Shown: piece after piece, positions 60,886 to 64,000 of the stretch
Numbering within the stretch: the stretch's first letter is position 1
How the letters are laid out: each line of letters opens with the position of its first letter
Assembly: GCA_964402565.1 (NCBI GenBank)
Contig: CAYOCJ010000002.1
Location: forward strand, 661 to 64,660
DNA: 64,000 nt
DNA from: an uncultured Gammaproteobacteria bacterium
GTDB lineage: Bacteria; Patescibacteriota; Patescibacteriia; UBA1558; 2-01-FULL-52-15
Direction: 5' to 3'
Notes under the pieces: generated by a model
What the model saw: only the letters and a program-made list of their open reading frames with translations
Told to the model about the DNA's origin: nothing
Databases searched by the model: none
Translations under genes and position numbers: made by a program

Positions 60886-61992
60886 ATGAAATTAACCTGC
60901 ACACAAGAAAATTTTTCCAGAGGATTAAATATTGTCGCGCGATTAAGTGATAAAAACACAAACCTGCCCATTTTAAATAATGTGCTTTTGCAGGCAAGAA
61001 AAGATGGTTTACTGTTGGTTTCAACAAACTTAGAGATAGGCATAAAAACAAAGGTGCGTGGTAAGATCGAGTCTGAGGGAGACTTTACGGTACAAGCGAA
61101 GCTTCTCTCCGAATTTGTTAACACATTGAAAAAAGAGAATGTCGAGGTTGAGTTGGTGGACAAAACACTGCACTTACGCGGCGAGAACCACCAAACAACT
61201 ATTCGTGGCCTTGAATCATCCGACTTTCCGGTAATCCCAGAGGTAGAGGCAAAAACCACAATCACCCTGCCAACAGCAACACTCATCGAGGCGCTTAATC
61301 AAACTGTTTTCGCGGTGTCAAACGACGAGTCTCGGCCAGAACTCACTGGTGTGTATATCATCCTTGAAGACAAACACTGTATATTTGTGGCGACAGACGG
61401 CTATCGCCTCGTTGAAAAAAAGGTTTCGCTCGCAACAAAAACCCCACATCCCCGAGCAATAATCATTCCCTCAAAGACATTGCAGGAGTTAGTTCGAGTG
61501 TTGCCGCTCTCGGAAGAGGAAAATACAACAATCACCATCAATGATACCCAGATACTTTTTGTATGTGGCCAAACACAACTAGTTTCCCGCATTATCACCG
61601 GCGACTATCCGGACTATAAACAAATAATCCCAACCACATTCAAGAATATCGTGGAGTTCAAGGTATATGATATGGCGCAGGCGATCAAAACAACCTCTCT
61701 GTTTTGTAAGCAAGGTATCAATGACGTACGAATCTCTCTCGACAAGCGCTTCTCAGACATTGCCATCAACGCTGAGAACAGTACATTCGGCAAGAACATT
61801 TCGAATGTGCCAAGTTTGGTCAAAGAACAGGAGCTTGATATAGTTTTTAACTATAAATTTTTACTTGATGGTCTCGCGCATATTTCAAGCGACCGCGCGA
61901 CACTAAGGACCAATGAGCCAACCACGCCCGCCGTACTTACTGCGCCGAAGGAGGATGGGTTTGTGTATGTCATCATGCCCATTAAACAGTAG
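60886..61992 (+). CDS. dnaN: DNA polymerase III beta sliding clamp
   Basis: MKLTCTQENFSRGLNIVARL... with three-domain length and order. Confidence 0.85.
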   Translation: MKLTCTQENFSRGLNIVARLSDKNTNLPILNNVLLQARKDGLLLVSTNLEIGIKTKVRGKIESEGDFTVQAKLLSEFVNTLKKENVEVELVDKTLHLRGENHQTTIRGLESSDFPVIPEVEAKTTITLPTATLIEALNQTVFAVSNDESRPELTGVYIILEDKHCIFVATDGYRLVEKKVSLATKTPHPRAIIIPSKTLQELVRVLPLSEEENTTITINDTQILFVCGQTQLVSRIITGDYPDYKQIIPTTFKNIVEFKVYDMAQAIKTTSLFCKQGINDVRISLDKRFSDIAINAENSTFGKNISNVPSLVKEQELDIVFNYKFLLDGLAHISSDRATLRTNEPTTPAVLTAPKEDGFVYVIMPIKQ

Positions 61993-62702
61993 TGGCTGTG
62001 CTCGACGCAAAAACACTGGTAGTGATACCAACCTATAATGAGCGCGGAGCACTCCCGATCCTTATCGATGCGCTCAGGGGGCTGCCCTTGGATATACTCG
62101 TCATTGATGACGGGTCCCTCGATGGTACGGGGGAGTATATGCGGGAACAGTGCGCGCAGCACCCGTCGATACATCTTGTGCAGAGAGGCTCTAAACAAGG
62201 GCTTGGAAGCGCCTATCGTGATGGTTTTCGCTGGGCGCTCGAGCGGGGATATGATATCGTCGTCCAAATGGACGCTGATGGATCTCATGACCCTCATGCC
62301 CTGCGGGGGCTGCTAGAAAAAGCGCAGGACGCTGAGCTGGTCATTGGTAGTCGTTATGTCAAAGGCGGTTCCATTTCTCATTGGTCATACTTTCGTTTGC
62401 TAGTAAGCCGTATAGCGAACATATATATTAACGCCATCCTTCGCTTCAAAGATCCGCAGTATCATATTAAAGACTCGACCAGCGGCTATAAGATCTGGAA
62501 AACTTCTTTGCTTGAGCGCATTGGTATAACAGCTACACGATCAGATGGGTATGCTTTTCAAATAGAAACAAGCTGGGCAGCTGTGAAAGCGCATGCGCGG
62601 ATTGAGGAGGTCGCTATTACCTTTCGAGATAGGACGATCGGGGCTTCGAAGATCGGCCGCTCGAATATCCTCGATACACTTCTCTTGCCCTGGCGCCTCT
62701 AA
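61992..62702 (+). CDS. GT2 glycosyltransferase, polyprenol-phosphate mannose/glucose synthase (DPM1-like)
   Basis: VVIPTYNERGAL...LVIDDGSLDGT...QMDADGSHDP. Confidence 0.7.
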   Translation: MAVLDAKTLVVIPTYNERGALPILIDALRGLPLDILVIDDGSLDGTGEYMREQCAQHPSIHLVQRGSKQGLGSAYRDGFRWALERGYDIVVQMDADGSHDPHALRGLLEKAQDAELVIGSRYVKGGSISHWSYFRLLVSRIANIYINAILRFKDPQYHIKDSTSGYKIWKTSLLERIGITATRSDGYAFQIETSWAAVKAHARIEEVAITFRDRTIGASKIGRSNILDTLLLPWRL

Positions 62703-62878
62703 ATTTTTGTAAAAGAAAAGCGCACCCCCCCCGTGTGGAGATGCGCCGTAGCCGAATTCTTCTGGCAAGGACGATAGGCATATCTGCCTCCAAAAAAAGG
62801 AGGGCGCGAGAACCGTGAGGTCCCCGCGCCCTGAAGACCGCGCTTGCGCGCGGGCTGGTTGTGGGAAGGAAGGTACGG

Positions 62879-63607
62879 CTAGAAAGCCGCCGGCGGGTCG
62901 ACCGCCGCCATCTTGAGGCCGTAGCCGCAACAGCCACGGCAACCGGTGTCGCAGTCGATGACGCTGCAACTCGTCCCGGTCGGGTCGGTGATGCAGATCT
63001 CCACCACGGTGAGGCACGTGCCCCGAGGACCGCAGCTGCCGTTCAGCTGCGCGTACTTGTTGGGGTCGATCTCCTGGCCCTTCCCGACGTTCCCGACGAG
63101 GGATGCGTTGGTCGGGTTGTTGCCGACGGTCGAAACCGGGCTTGGCGCCGGCGTTGCCAGCTGGTGGATCATGGTCGCGTTGATCCTGTCGATTTCGCGG
63201 CCTGCTCCGATCTGCGCGAGGTGAGCCTGCAAGGCGGTATTGATGTATCCGGTCACGTCGGATGCCTTGGCCGTTCTTGCCTCGGCGGCGAATCTGCCGA
63301 CGACGGCGTTCAGATGGTCCAGGTTGTCGTTGATCCAGACCTGCGTGGCTTCGTGCTTCGCGACCTTCTCGAGGTCCAGTGTCGGCTGGTTGGTCGCCGA
63401 GTCGATGGGTGGCGGGCTGATCAGCCGGCCGGTGTCGGTCACGTAGATCGAGATCTCGTTCTGCATCGGCGTAAGCGGAGCGTTCAGTCTCCCGTTGTGG
63501 GTCAGACTGACCGGGGGTGACGCGGACTTCTGCGCCGCGAACGAGGCGGGGGTCATGGCGGCGAACGCGATCAAGCCGAGGACGAGAGACGGTCTGTTCT
63601 TCATCAT
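62879..63607 (-). CDS. Secreted hypothetical protein with Cys-rich C-terminus, GC-rich patch
   Basis: Signal peptide MMKNRPSLVLGLIAFAAMTPASFAA. C-terminal CGPRGTCLTVVEICITDPTGTSCSVIDCDTGCRGCCGYG. Confidence 0.4.
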   Translation of the reverse strand: MMKNRPSLVLGLIAFAAMTPASFAAQKSASPPVSLTHNGRLNAPLTPMQNEISIYVTDTGRLISPPPIDSATNQPTLDLEKVAKHEATQVWINDNLDHLNAVVGRFAAEARTAKASDVTGYINTALQAHLAQIGAGREIDRINATMIHQLATPAPSPVSTVGNNPTNASLVGNVGKGQEIDPNKYAQLNGSCGPRGTCLTVVEICITDPTGTSCSVIDCDTGCRGCCGYGLKMAAVDPPAAF

Positions 63608-63652
63608 TCCAGACTCCTTCTTTCGAAGTGACCCTCCTCCTGGAGAGGTCGG

Positions 63653-64000
63653 TTATTGGGACGCGGTCAGCAGTGGCCGCACGAGCTCGTTGAGCTTAGC
63701 GGTGCGGTCGTCGATCGACGCGTTGGGGTGTTCGGCTTCGAAGTTCTTGAAAGCGACGAGAGCCTCGTCGTAGCGTGGTGTCTTCATCGCTTGCTCAAGC
63801 TTCGGGAAGTCGGGGTCGTTGTGATTGACGGAGATGTTGCCTTCGGCACCCGGACAGAACCGGACGAGGGGGAGAGCGGTGCGTTTCGCTCCGCTCAACT
63901 GCATCGCCATGAGGGCGACTTGCTGGTTGTCTGCCTGCAGGCTCGCGAGCTGGTCTCGAAGACCATGTTTCTGGAGTACGTCTGCGACGCGCTGCCGCAA
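63653..64000 (-). CDS. Hypothetical protein, N-terminus truncated by window edge
   Basis: ORF runs to the last base of the window. GC-rich. Confidence 0.3.
   Translation of the reverse strand: MRQRVADVLQKHGLRDQLASLQADNQQVALMAMQLSGAKRTALPLVRFCPGAEGNISVNHNDPDFPKLEQAMKTPRYDEALVAFKNFEAEHPNASIDDRTAKLNELVRPLLTASQ

Overview
Hand-read of the sequence on both strands, using the supplied ORF track; no searches were run. The window looks like a chromosomal segment of a small-genome bacterium, plausibly of the Patescibacteria/CPR type (inference). It spans the replication-origin neighbourhood: yidC-yidD-rnpA-rpmH on the minus strand diverging from dnaA-dnaN on the plus strand at 57.5-62 kb. Gene density is high. 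Recognisable housekeeping genes include rpe, rpiB, trmD, rpsP, galU, ssb, tig, nusA, rnhB, trxA, trxB, a membrane pyrophosphatase, glutamate dehydrogenase and three tRNAs (Leu-UAA, Gly-GCC, Arg-CCU), all with CCA encoded. Three things stand out. (1) At 7.2-11.7 kb a solute-binding-like lipoprotein gene is followed by six tandem paralogous small two-helix proteins that share a G-G-x-x-W-M-T-S-G-G-x-E motif (T4SS-pilin/TrbC-VirB2-like). One paralog sits in a 578-bp perfect tandem duplication that also copies a consensus extended -10 promoter. The first paralog carries a cysteine-rich C-terminal tail. (2) There are at least seven large polytopic membrane proteins of GT-C glycosyltransferase type (1-1089, 2215-4476, 12612-19413 (four in a row), 45954-47666). 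Nearby are a bifunctional PGI/PMI and a GT2 polyprenol-phosphate-mannose-synthase-like gene, so a cell-surface mannosylation system is suggested. (3) A sharp G+C step, by eye from the mid-40s % to about 60 %, marks a roughly 13-kb island at about 22.3-35.4 kb. The island carries an incomplete, partly divergent set of nucleotide-metabolism genes: pyrF, a PRTase with an atypical PRPP loop, an isolated purD, a long purA, guaB, a MazG/HisE-like NTP pyrophosphatase and a nucleoside-deoxyribosyltransferase-like protein. It also carries an ABC-2 exporter pair, a ParB-like protein and a group-1-like sigma-70, a translationally coupled 41-aa Arg-rich micro-ORF, and a ~740-bp ORF-free, highly structured GC-rich stretch. 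Smaller GC-rich patches encode secreted proteins (11.8-12.4 kb and 62.7-64 kb). A low-GC two-gene insert (kinase-fold protein plus histidine phosphatase) lies beside a tRNA-Gly that has a 16-bp duplicated 5'-end fragment. No CRISPR array, rRNA or recognisable transposase was seen.
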